A DNA stretch of 64,000 bases, taken from NCBI GenBank assembly GCA_053919585.1, contig CM132788.1; one strand, written 5' to 3'. The notes below the pieces were generated by a model. The model was not told the DNA's origin, did not search any database, and was given only the letters and a program-made list of their open reading frames with translations. Positions 11,581-22,800 of the stretch are shown one piece after another; the stretch's first letter is position 1, and the number at the start of each line of letters is the position of its first letter. The stretch comes from Euprymna scolopes. Taxonomy: Eukaryota. Both the position numbers and the translations under genes were made by a program.

Positions 11581-13876
11581 ATATTTCAGAACTCAGAACA
11601 AAAAAAAGTGAACTTGCCTGCAAATAAGTGCAAAAATACGAAATAATGACGCATTGTAGGCATGTTTTTTTTGTAAATCAGAGCTCTTTAAACAGTTCTA
11701 ATTTATTCGACAGTTTATTTTTCCTAGAGAGCGATAGTTTGCGCATTAGTATAGTTACGGCCTCTAAAATATTTAGATATCGTTTAGAATGGGCCTTGTG
11801 TACAATGGAAAAACAAGTGTCGGACGATCGGTACCTCGAGGTTCTTTTTTTATTATAGTCGAATAGTCTTTTGACTATTTTCCTAATTTTTTCTCCCCAT
11901 CGATATTCATCAAAATTCTAATAACAACTCCACNNNNNNNNNNNNNNNNNNNNNNNNNNNNNNNNNNNNNNNNNNNNNNNNNNNNNNNNNNNNNNNNNNN
12001 NNNNNNNNNNNNNNNNNNNNNNNNNNNNNNNNNNNNNNNNNNNNNNNNNNNNNNNNNNNNNNNNNNNNNNNNNNNNNNNNNNNNNNNNNNNNNNNNNNNN
12101 NNNNNNNNNNNCCTAAAAAAAGCAAAAACTTGTCAGTCCCTAAATTCACCTAGCATTCCTTGTTTATTTGAAAAAGTAGTTATCACAAAATTTAAGGATA
12201 GGAATGCACTCTTAAATAAGAAATAGAACACCTCAATAAATTGTAGAAATTACAAATCGCATCTGCTTTCTCGTTTGCTCATTTTTCCTTAATAATCCCG
12301 ACTTTGACTCCAACACGACCAGATGCAATATCCGACAGTCAAACACCTAGCCATCCAAATATACTTCACTAAATCTAAAACCACACAATTCTTGGGTAAA
12401 CATATTAAAAAAACAAAACAAACAAACACCTAATGCTTGCAAGCAAATTTTCTACAATAGTATAAATAGTTTATAGTCTAACCCAATCCACCCATAAGCC
12501 ACAGGATTTATAATCGGCATATGCATGTATGCCACCCGCTAAAAATACATTTTGCCCTCAAACTTCGTTAAAATTATTCACCCGTAATATAAATATCAAA
12601 CTAATATTCAGCTTAGTGGTATACATGTTGCTCTGCTCGCTGTCCATGTGTAAACTTTGATCCTTACAAAAAAATGGGATAACATCTGGTACAACCTGAA
12701 CATGAAAAATAAAATAAATAACACAATTATCTAGTATCTGAAAATATACACTGCAAATATATAATATTTGTCTCCCTAAAACCAATGGTTATATTTCCAC
12801 CAAAGTGAACCCCTCTAATTAAACTCTGTGAAATTGTAAACCTCAATGTGGACACATCTTCCATATACCACAACCACTAAGTGTGATTGAAATCTAAAGG
12901 ATAAATGATTCACGACACCATATGATATAGTCGTTGAAAATAACTCCAGATAACACCTGTATGCATCTGCTGCGGGGGGGTTATGTAACATATCGGCATA
13001 TGGATACATGGGCACAACTATTTACAAATTTATATAATTGCTAGTAGGTAACTGTGAAGAATTCCTAATCACCATTTTATTTAAATAATTATTATCTCTT
13101 CCATAAAAATGACTGCAAGTTTAGTAATGACATGTATTGTGAGTTTTACAATTACTATCATTATGAAAAGTTTTAATAACAAATTTTTACAAATACACTA
13201 ATTCATAAACCAACATTAAATCACAACTGAAATAGTAATAAATATTAGGGTGATCTAGTAAAAACCGATTTCGTATAAGTGAGAGAAAATGAATCTAATA
13301 CTATCAAACATATGATGCCACCACACTCTCCCCTTCTCTTTTTCTTCTTTGTTCCTTATTTCCCCCTTTTTTCTTCGCCATTCACTCTACTCCCTATTCC
13401 TTCCTTTCACTTCCTTTTTATGCCTCTCATTCCCTCTTTCTCTCCTCCACCGTTAACGAGAAATCCTAATCTTGTCGCAGATATAAATAGAAAAAAATAA
13501 AATAAAACAAATAATAAAAAAGGAATTTAAGATACAATACCCCTTTAAATCTAAGACGGGCACCGGGCAGTAGACAGGCTGAACCGCATACTAGTTTAAG
13601 ATAACATCTACATAAGCTTTGGGTATAGAACCTAACTCCTCAACCCCCTAACCATAAAATGGTATTACCTTACACCAACATGAACATTAATGAATAAAAA
13701 CACGTTATAAAATACTAGAAGACTGACACATGCTCATGATTGTTTAGTAACAAATTACTGCTAATATAAAGACAAATTCAAAATGTAACTTGTTTTACTC
13801 CCGTATTGAGCACTCTTGTATGAGACCTCGTTTTAGTTATCTGGTTACCCTACTTTTGAAAGATAGCAGTCTCAAG

Positions 13877-13936
<60 letters not shown>

Positions 13937-13982
13937 GAGGTTTGGTTAGCATGCAAGAGGCTCGGGTTTCGAATCCTGAGTT

Positions 13983-14040
13983 CGGATATATCTTACTGAT
14001 GACCCCAATTGAGGGCGAAACTCGCGTCTTGTTCTTCCGG
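13983..14040 (+). ncRNA. Type I hammerhead ribozyme, copy 1 (stems I and II partly decayed)
   Basis: CTGATGA 13996-14002, CCC-AATTGA-GGG, GAAA 14017-14020, C-TCGC-G, GTC 14026-14028. Confidence 0.7.
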
Positions 14041-14323
14041 TTGTTTGACTTCCATGGCTCTTGTGGGCTGCGACGTTGTTTGGCTGTGGAATTAATTATA
14101 TACAGTCTCTCACATTCTGAAAATCCTATCATAAGTTGCTCGCTTGGTTAGCATTGCTGGATGGCGTCGTCCTTTCGAGTTAAAACTCCTACTTGTGAGA
14201 CATCGGCTCGCGGTTATTAGCTGATTAGATGACCGCGTCCCTTGTTGAGATAGGTAAATTTCACAGTCGGATTTCGGCGCGGTTTGCTGGATCTGTATTG
14301 GTTAATAGTAATTCTTGTGTGCA

Positions 14324-14391
14324 GGGCGTTTGCTCGGTTGGCAGAGTGCTTGCATTGCATGCAAGGGGCTCGGGGTTCGAATCCTGAGTTC
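14324..14391 (+). promoter_or_regulatory. tRNA-Ala(TGC)-derived head with Pol III A/B boxes (not an intact tRNA)
   Basis: D-arm GCTC/GAGT, anticodon arm CTTGC-ATTGCAT-GCAAG, B-box GGTTCGAATCC. The acceptor stem does not pair. Confidence 0.8.
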
Positions 14392-14448
14392 GGATGTGTC
14401 TAACTGATGATCCCAAATGAGGGCGAAACTCGAGTCTTGGACTTCTGG
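14391..14448 (+). ncRNA. Type I hammerhead ribozyme, copy 2
   Basis: Stem I GTCTAA/TTGGAC, CTGATGA 14404-14410, CCC-AAATGA-GGG, GAAA 14425-14428, palindromic ACTCGAGT, GTC 14434-14436. Confidence 0.85.
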
Positions 14449-14503
14449 TTCTTTGACTGTCATGGCTCTTGTGGGTAGCGTCGTTGTTTAACTGTGGAAT
14501 TTA

Positions 14504-14577
<74 letters not shown>

Positions 14578-15099
14578 CCGCTATCAGATAAAACAAGCTT
14601 TATATCCACAAAGTGACCTATGGCGTTTGGACAGTTCTCATAACGATTACGTTTTTAGTAGCAGAACCATAACGTAAAGGTCAGCTTCCAGAAAACACAA
14701 CAGGTTCTGGAAGCTGGGTGACAACAAGTCTCCCCAGACATCCAGCTCTCTCCGCCTCTTTCGATAGCATTTGCAAATGTATTTGCATCATCGCAACAGC
14801 CGCTTACCATTGACTTCTCGCTGGTAGTGACCATTAGTTTATATTGGAATTTGAGTAGCACTCAGCCTCCCCAACGTCCCAGTTATCTTGGCGTTTGTCC
14901 AGCCGACGTCTGCTTAGCGCTCGCTCGTCGGTCTTTCAGTCCTACTCGGCCCTTTGGTATCACTTTTTTATTGGAGGGAACGGTGATCAAACAATGGGGG
15001 GTGCATGCTCGGGGTGTGGAACTTGTAAATATGCAGCTTTGGTGCCTTTCATTGTCTGTAACGCTTATTCGTTATATTGTCTTATTGTATTATTCTCCG

Positions 15100-15560
15100 C
15101 ATTCAAGGGGTTTCCTTAATATTTCAGTCATTTACATTATTGTTAGTCGTTGTACTTTTGCAGTTATTCCTCTCATTCCAAATTCTGACATTCTTTTTTT
15201 CGAAGTTTTTAGGAATTATTCCTAGTGCTCCTACTATTATCGGTACTATTTTGATTTTCGTCATAATCCAAATTACTTTTAACTCTCTAGCTACCTCTGT
15301 GCATTTGCTTCATTTCTCCTTTTCTTTCATACTCACCCTGTGGTCAGCTGGTACAGGAAAGTCTAAGATTTGACAGGATTTTTCTTACTTGTTAATTATT
15401 ACGACATCTGGTCTTCTTGCTTGGATGGGTTTGTCCGTCTGTATGTCCATGCCCCATAGGAATGTGTGTTTCTCGTTTTCGAGTATTGTTACGGGTTTAT
15501 GCTTGTACCATTAGTCTGTACCCTAAAAATTCAGTGGTTTGCACAGTTCCCAGTGTACTG
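15100..15560 (-). mobile_element. R4/Dong-like non-LTR 3' fragment (restriction-like endonuclease)
   Basis: Minus translation: VHWELCK..WYKHKP..ILENEK..LW..IQTDKPIQARRPDVVII..ILDFPVPADHRV..KEKEK..VPIIVGALG. Confidence 0.85.
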
Positions 15561-15563
15561 CCC

Positions 15564-15600
<37 letters not shown>

Positions 15601-15603
<3 letters not shown>

Positions 15604-15745
15604 TCCACATTCAAACAACGTCGCAGCGCACCAAGCCACGACTCCCAACAAACCGCATGCCCAAGACAGAAGTCTCGCCCTCAGGTGACTCATCTGTTAG
15701 ACATATGCGGACTCAGGATTCGGAACAAGAGCCTCTTCCATGTGA
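15601..15745 (-). mobile_element. Decayed inverted copy of the hammerhead retrozyme
   Basis: Reverse complement reads AAGAGGCTC..CCGAATCCTGAG..GTCTAACAGATGAGTCACCTGAGGGCGAGAC..GTCTTGG..GCTGCGACGTTGTTTG..GTGGAA; the core is mutated. Confidence 0.8.
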
Positions 15746-15757
15746 GGCGAGAAATTG

Positions 15758-15895
15758 GCATACGTCTAACTGATGAGCCCACATTAAGGCGAAACTCGAA
15801 TTTGGACTTTCGGTATGTTGGCCGCTCTTGCTGTTGTACGCTACAGCTTTGTTTGAGAGTGGGAATAATTATATAATCCCTCACATTCGGGGAAT
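15758..15895 (+). mobile_element. Further retrozyme copy with hammerhead core
   Basis: GTCTAA CTGATGA(15770-15776) GCC-CACATTAA-GGC GAAA(15791-15794) CTCGAAT TTGGAC, with the cleavage triplet altered. The tail matches 14090-14123. Confidence 0.75.
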
Positions 15896-16386
15896 ACGCA
15901 CACACACACATATATATATGTATGTATATATATATATGTATATATATATGTATACATACATATATATATATATATATTCATCAACACCATATTTCTATAT
16001 CTGTTGACACAGTTATGAAAAAAAAATAATGCACTCATCGTACAGTATTATAAAACAGACATTACATACACAATCTTATATAACATACGTCCAACAAAAT
16101 TCCTATAATATAGATTACATAAATATAAAGGAATTAGAGATAACATCTGTTGCATTCATTCTATAAACTATTGCATGATATATCTAATATATATTGCACA
16201 ATATTTTGAAGTATCATATATACCTGAAAATATGATACACAGGAAATCTGATGGAACACCAAAAAAGAAACAGTTGCTTGAGACACTATTTTATCTGAAC
16301 GAGTTTCTCTTATTTTCTTTCTATCTATCTTTATTTCTCTTTCTTTCTCTTTCTCTCTCTCTTTACACGCACACGCGCACCCACAC

Positions 16387-16461
<75 letters not shown>

Positions 16462-16499
16462 CATATTTATACTATTCCGAATTTTACTCTGTTTATAGA

Positions 16500-16557
<58 letters not shown>

Positions 16558-17494
16558 AACTCAAATCGTTTTTTCGGATTATAGTTTTCTATTTAAAAAA
16601 AATTCGGAGCATGCGTGATCGCATAAAACAATCTTTGAAAGCTTCTTATACCGACAATGTATTAGTGTTTAAAGTATTTAAATAACCACCAAACTAAATC
16701 ATATATGTTTTTCTATCATTTGCATTTTACGAGTTGTATTTGTTTTACTGCAAGTTGGAATGATTTTCAAGCAATAACTTTTTAGTAAGAATAGAAAAAG
16801 TTTATTACATTAAGTAAAATCCTCTGTGCGACTAACTAAAATTCTGCCCTTTATATTTTAATTTTTAGTAGTATTTCCAATGTTATAGCACAGTATAACA
16901 TTTAATTGCAACTTGAAATTCTTTTAAAACGGTTATTTCTATTTTTAAAAAAATTACAAAACACTACTCCAAAACTAATTAGAGTTTTTTTTTTATAGTA
17001 ATGCGACCAATTTTTCATACGATTCTTTAATTAAAAAACAAAACAAAAACACTTTCTTTTATTTTAAATATTTTTACAGTTAAATATTTATTTTATTCAT
17101 TTGTATACTACGATTTGAGAAGCTAGGACAAATTCAAACATTTTACACTACAAACACCTTAACAAAAAGGGAGCAACTATTTTGAACAGGTAAAGTGTTT
17201 GCATCTAAAAACGTTTAAATGTCATCTTTTTTATTTACTTTTTTTAAATAAAAAAAAATGATTTTTCATATAACTGAATAAAAAAGTTTTAAACTTTCCT
17301 AAAAATAAAAATGGTAGAAACAACAAATAAGTAAATGAAAATAGAAAACTACAATTTTTAGTCACGTGCAAGCGATTCTATAAGTCACTCCGTCGGTCGG
17401 TCGGTCTTTCGATCTATCCGTAAGATTTTGTGCTTGGCCATTTTGGTTATGATCAAAGGTCTGTTGCTAATAGATGTTGTTCTTAGCTTATAAA

Positions 17495-18846
17495 GTTTTT
17501 CTTGGCCTTTTACGCTAAAATCTAAGTGTAGTAACTGTTCCAACAGATAGTGCAAGCAAAGATCATATATGGGGGCAGCCCCACATATGAGACCTTGGTC
17601 AATGTAGGGGCGACCCTTCATACCAATAGTCACTATCCAGCTCCCCTACTCCCCGGGGAGTTCGTCCCCATTTCCCCTTCACTCCTAACATTAAAAATCG
17701 GCCTTGTGCCTTATTTGCTCGGTGGGGGAGCAAATAAATACCCATTTCTTGACCTTTTGGCCAAGATCAAAGTGTAGCATCTGTTCCGGAAGATACTGCA
17801 AGCAAAGACCATATGTGGGGGGCAACCCAACATATAATACCTTGGTCAATGTGGGGGCAACCCTTCATACCAATTTTCACTATCCAGCTCCCCTACTCCC
17901 CAGGGAGAGTTCCCCCATTTCGGCTTCACCCCTCACATTAAAAATCGGCCTTGTGCATTATTTTCTCAGTGGGGGAACAAATAAATACCAACCCCACATA
18001 TAAGACCTTGGTAAATGTCGGCCAACTCTTCATACAAATTGTCACTATCCAGCTCCCCTACTCCCTGGGGAGTTGGTCCCTATCTCGCTTTCACTCCTCA
18101 CATTATAAATTGGCCTTGTGTCTAATTTTCTCGGTGGAGGAGCAAATAAATACCCTTTTCTTGGCCTTTTGGCCAAGATCAAGTGTCGCATATGTTCCGG
18201 CAGATACTGCTAGCAAAGACCATATGTGGGTGCAACCCCACATATAAGACCTTGTTCAATGTAGGGGCAACTCTTCATAACAATTTTAACTATCCAGCTC
18301 CCCTATTCTCGGGGAGTTGGTCCCCATTTCCCCTTCACTCCTCACATAAAAAATCGGCCTTGTGCCTAATTTGCTCGTTGGGGAAGGAAATAAATACCAA
18401 CCCCACACATAAGACATTGGTAAATGTAGGGGCAATCCTTCATACCAATTGTCACTATCCAGCTCCCCTACTTCCCGGGGAGTGGTTCCCTATTTCGCTT
18501 CACTCCTCACATTGAAAATCGGCCTTGTGCCTAATTTTCTCGGTGGAGGAGCAAAAAAATACCCTTTTCTTGGCCTTTTGATCAGGTGTAGTATCTGTTC
18601 CGGCAGATACTGCAAACAAAGACCATATGTGGAGGCAATTCCGCATATAATACCTTGATCAATGTACGGGAACCCCTTCATACCAATTGTCACCATCAAG
18701 CGCCTCTACTCCCCGGGAAGTGTGTCCCCATTTCCCCTTCACTCACATTAAAAATCGGACTTGTGCCTAATTTGCTCGGGCGGGGAGGAAATAAATACCC
18801 TTTTCTTGGCCTTTTGGCCAAGATCAAAGGAGAGTATCTCTTCTTA
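17495..18846 (+). repeat. Higher-order tandem repeat (~245-bp and ~166-bp units) containing U2 snRNA 5' fragments
   Basis: The anchor CC(A/G)CA(T/C)AT recurs at ~17579, 17826, 17993, 18236, 18401 and 18641. Confidence 0.92.
18150..18197 (+). pseudogene. U2 snRNA 5' fragment (other copies ~17499-17540, 17738-17786, 18559-18600, 18795-18846; remnant 17433-17458)
   Basis: Copy consensus TTCTTGGCCTTTTGGCCAAGATCAAGTGTAGTATCTGTTC compared with U2 TTCTCGGCCTTTTGGCTAAGATCAAGTGTAGTATCTGTTC. No Sm site or 3' domain. Confidence 0.9.
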
Positions 18847-19506
18847 CTTCATGCTGTACTTATGTTTGTAACTTTGTGATATAAAGTGGGGGATACGTTT
18901 TCTGTATTAATTTAATGTTAAATGATCACCTACTGTACAATCAGTCCGTCTCAAAGTCATTCAAGTCATGCTCCAGATCATTCAAATAGTTTTGGAAGGA
19001 TTCCAGTTATTTTATAAGCATTCAAATCATTCTTAAGATCATTCAATTCATCCTTAAGTTCATTAAAATTATTTGAAATTCATTTACGTTTTATTTATTA
19101 AAGTCATTTCAACCCATTTTTCGGTCATTTTAGTTTATCTTTAATAATTTAATGACAATCATACATTCACACATTCATTCATTACACGAGAGCGTTGGAC
19201 TAATTGCTATCGCTCTTGTTTTAGGTAAAGTATATTACTAAAGCTTTCATGGAACCTATTATTCTTAATATATATCTAACATTAAACTCTGCAATTAGCG
19301 TCGCATACTTTTTCAGAGAATTTGTTGTTAAGCTCAAATATCCGCTTTGTCAAAAAATAAAAATACACATATTTTTTCACAGGAACGAAGAAATGTTAAG
19401 ATACGAAATTAGGGAGTTACAATAATCAAAAAGTGTGTGAGCACTTTACGGTGATGCTTTAATAAAATAAAACACACGAACACAATAAACACATACAAAC
19501 AAACAT

Positions 19507-19877
19507 TGTAGCAATATTTTAGACGTGTCATTGGGTATGATTCCACACAGTCGGACGATTCTATTTATTAAGAATGCTGCTAGGAACTGACGAATCAAAT
19601 TTTTTCACGTTCTGCTACCAACCAATCAGAAACCAGAATTACTCCATAAATTACCTTTTCTGTAGCAATTTCGCATGTTCTTTCTATCTTGACACGGTAA
19701 GAATATTTTGCTCTGTGGAACTGTCTACTGCAAACCGGTAACCTCTCCAGACGTGTGCGTAAAAACGAACTATCCAAAACTGTTCTGTCTACTGAAAACC
19801 AGTCACCTCTCAAGACTTGTTTAGAGCAACGAACCATCAGAAAACTGTTCTAAAACTAAACATGCCTTACACTTCCA
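19507..19877 (+). repeat. 5' LTR (TG...CA) with an internal ~63-bp duplication
   Basis: Colinear with 24463-24834. Confidence 0.85.
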
Positions 19878-19879
19878 GA

Positions 19880-19893
19880 GGTTATGGGCCCAG
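19880..19893 (+). promoter_or_regulatory. Primer-binding site GGTTATGGGCCCAG
   Basis: The copia-type PBS complementary to an internal fragment of initiator tRNA-Met, 2 nt after the LTR. Confidence 0.85.
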
Positions 19894-19899
19894 TGTGCA

Positions 19900-22800
19900 T
19901 CTTTATTTCGATGGATCCGAATAAAAATTCGAATTGTGGCAAGTTAAATTTCTAAGATATCTACGAATCCAAAAGCTACACATAGTACTTCAAATACAAC
20001 CTCAAAACAGAAACGACCCCGACTTCGTTGAAAAGAACGCAACTGTCTTTGTGGAATTAATACAGTGTTTAGAAAATCGAAGTCTATCACTAGTAATGAG
20101 AGAAGCCCTAGACGATGTCTGCAAATCATTGAACATATTGAGACAGCATTATTTATCGAAAGGAAAACCCAAACTTATTTCTTTATATACTGAACTAACC
20201 TCTCTAAAACGAATGGAAGCTGAAACTATTACGGATAATATTATAAGAGGCGAAACAACTGCAAATTCTTTAAAAATGTCTGGTGAAGTTATAAGTGGCA
20301 GTCTGTTAATTCCCATGGTCCTTAAGGGATTACCGAGTTATTTCAAGCCATTTAGCACCGTAATAACACAGAAAGAAAACCCCATGCCTTTTAACCAATT
20401 CAAGGTAGCACTTAGAAGTAACGAAGAACCTCAAAAGCTGACCACAGGAAAAAAACGAACCCACAAATATCATGGAATTTAAAAATACACAAACATAAAA
20501 GCACCAACATTAAAGTGTACCCATGCCAGGAATAAACACCGCAACTTTGCAAAAAAAACAATTTTTCTCCCAAGAAAAATACAAAAATTATTTGCTATAA
20601 TTGTGGACGACCTAATGGCAAGAGTTTCCAATGTAGACACAGGACTCAAAATGGCGACTAAATTAAAAATGTAGAGAGCTCTGTTAGCAGACACACATTT
20701 TTATTTTTGTGTACGTTTGATGCTTCAACATACTATAATAATTTTCTTGTCGATTGTAGGGCCACGGCACATGTGATTACAAAGGAATCTGATTTTATCC
20801 ATTTTTACCCCAACTTTAAGCCATGAAATCATTTTGTAGAACTAGCTGACGGGAGTCGAGTAAATTTGAAAAGAGACAATGCTAAAGAACAAAAAGGTGA
20901 ACAATGTTTCAGTATTCTAGAAAACGCACTTTTAATCCCAAAATTTAAACAAAATATATTTTCTGTACAAGCTGCCACAAAACAAGGTGCAAATATAAAC
21001 TTTAGCCCAATAAATCAAAACTGGTATACCCGAATTGAACTGTATTCGACATTAAAGAAAATGGAAGGCTATATCATTTAAATAGCGTAGAACTATCGAG
21101 AACCGCCTGCCATGATCTACAGACATGGCATAACATTCTTGGACATTGCAATATTCTTGATATCAAAAAGTTGCCGACTGTAGTTGATGGAATGAAAACA
21201 CAAACATCAAAAAACTTCAACTGCGACGTCTGTACGCAAGGGAAAATGACAAACTATCAAAGCAACATACCAGACAAGAAGGCCAAAACATCATACCAAT
21301 GGTGCATTGTGACTTGAATGATCCCGTGGAACCGATGACCAGAGAACATTATAGATATGTGTGTAATTTCGTAGATGACCATTCAGATTTAATAATGGTT
21401 TACTTTTTAAAGAAAAAATCTGATACCCTGCTAGCAACAGAAAAAATATTTAGGCGACATGGCTCCCTATGGTGAAGTCAAGTGTATTCGCTCTTACAAC
21501 GGTACGGAATTCACCAATAAAGACTTTGAACTTTTACTAATTAACCATCATATCAGGCATGAAACATCAGCTCCTAAATCGCCACACCAAAACGGGACTG
21601 CTGAAAGAGCGTGGCGGACACTTATTGAACTGGCAAGATGCCTACTCATTGAATCAAAACTCCCCAAAAAACCTCTGGACCCACGCACTTATGGTGGAAG
21701 CCTATATACGCAACAGGTGTTTTAACAAAACACTATCTAAACCTCCATATGAATCTTTCTGTGGTAAAAAACATAATTTAAGCAGACTGAATATATTCGG
21801 TTTAACTTGCTTCGCATATATAGATAAAAAGAGTAAATTGAATATTAAAGCTGACAGAGGTATATTTCTTGGATACGATAAAACTATCCAGCCCATTTAG
21901 TATTTTTTCAAGAGAAACATAAAATAAAAAGAATCCGATGTGTAAAATTCCCAGACACGGTAAATTTTACAAACGAAAACCCTCATATGAAGAAGATGAA
22001 ATTATATTTCCTCAAATAATTAAAACAAAAGAAGACAATAAAAATGACGGCGGCAAGAGTATTAATGATGATGATGATGATGATGATGATGACGATGATG
22101 AAGTCGAAAGATATCCCCCAAAAATAGAAGGCAACCCGACTTTTTTGTGGTCGATAATATAAAAGATTATCAAATCGACTTTAACGGAGCAAGTTATTTA
22201 GAACTTTGTGATGAATGGAAAATTGCCATGAAAAAAGAAATAGATGCCTTAACTGAAAATGGTACCTATGCGGTAGTGCCTCTCCCAAAAGATAAGCATG
22301 CCATTTCTACAAGATGAGTGTTTACAAAAAAAAAAAAAAAACTACAGCATCAGGCGTATAACAGTACAAAGCTAGATTTGTTGCTAAAGGGTACTCTCAG
22401 ATTTACGGTATAGAATATTTGTCTACGTTTTCACCGACCATAAACCTAACGACAATCAGAATTTTACTGCAAATCGCATCTCAATATGACATAACCATCA
22501 ATTAAATGGGCGTAAAAATGCTTATTTGAATGCCATAATAGACTGGGAAATGTATATTTCCCCTACTATTACTATTATAATGAAAAATAAAAATAGCGTG
22601 CGGCGACTTAACAAGTCAATATATGGTCTAAAGCAGAGTGTTCAGTGTTGGAATACAGTATTTCATGATTATATTATTAAACAACAATTTAGACAATGCG
22701 CTGTAGCCCCCTGTTTATATACAAAGACGATAAACTACTGATTTTGGTTTTGTGGGTCGATCATATTTTTATCGCATCAAAGTGTGACATTATGTTACCC

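Larger units (their letters stand above)
10611..11933. mobile_element. MITE with ~120-bp TIRs carrying inserted LINE tails
   Basis: 10611-10735 (ATCGATGGGG..GGAAAATAGTCAAAGGACTATTCGACTATAATAAAAA..GAACCTCGAGGTACCG) is the inverted repeat of 11815-11933. Confidence 0.75.
13936..14505 (+). mobile_element. tRNA-headed hammerhead retrozyme/SINE (about 1.4 units; 408-nt monomer)
   Basis: Direct repeats at ~13949-14101 and ~14357-14508 each contain a B-box region and a hammerhead core; flanked on both sides by (TA)n. Confidence 0.8.
17355..19220 (+). mobile_element. Non-autonomous Helentron-type element (HINE/DINE-1-like) with central tandem array
   Basis: Starts in a T-run TTTTTAGTCACGTGCAAGCGATTCTATAAG followed by (GTCG)n, has a CATT-rich distal part, and ends in a 3' hairpin AGAGCG..CGCTCT then TGTT|TT. 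Confidence 0.55.

Noticed and set aside
11934-12111. X-containing ORFs across N runs (also 26187-26397, 28382-28528, 34661-34794, 42475-42650, 44524-44672, 52824-53009)
   Set aside because: Artefacts of assembly gaps; the content is unknown.
12600-12780. Possible Helitron helicase remnant (HVAL, YTANI)
   Set aside because: Too short and degenerate to distinguish from chance.
14324-14395. Functional tRNA-Ala gene
   Set aside because: The acceptor stem cannot form and the sequence runs straight into a hammerhead.
16161-16685. YI/IY-rich ORFs here and at 3599, 8604, 10310, 13790, 23996 and elsewhere
   Set aside because: These are translations of TA/CA microsatellites.
17738-17786. Functional U2 snRNA gene
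   Set aside because: Similarity ends at about nt 45; stems IIa-IV and the Sm site are absent.
17495-18846. CRISPR-like array or coding repeats
   Set aside because: Whole units are repeated with no unique spacers, the context is eukaryotic and there are no cas genes. The ORFs are frame-shifting translations of the repeat.
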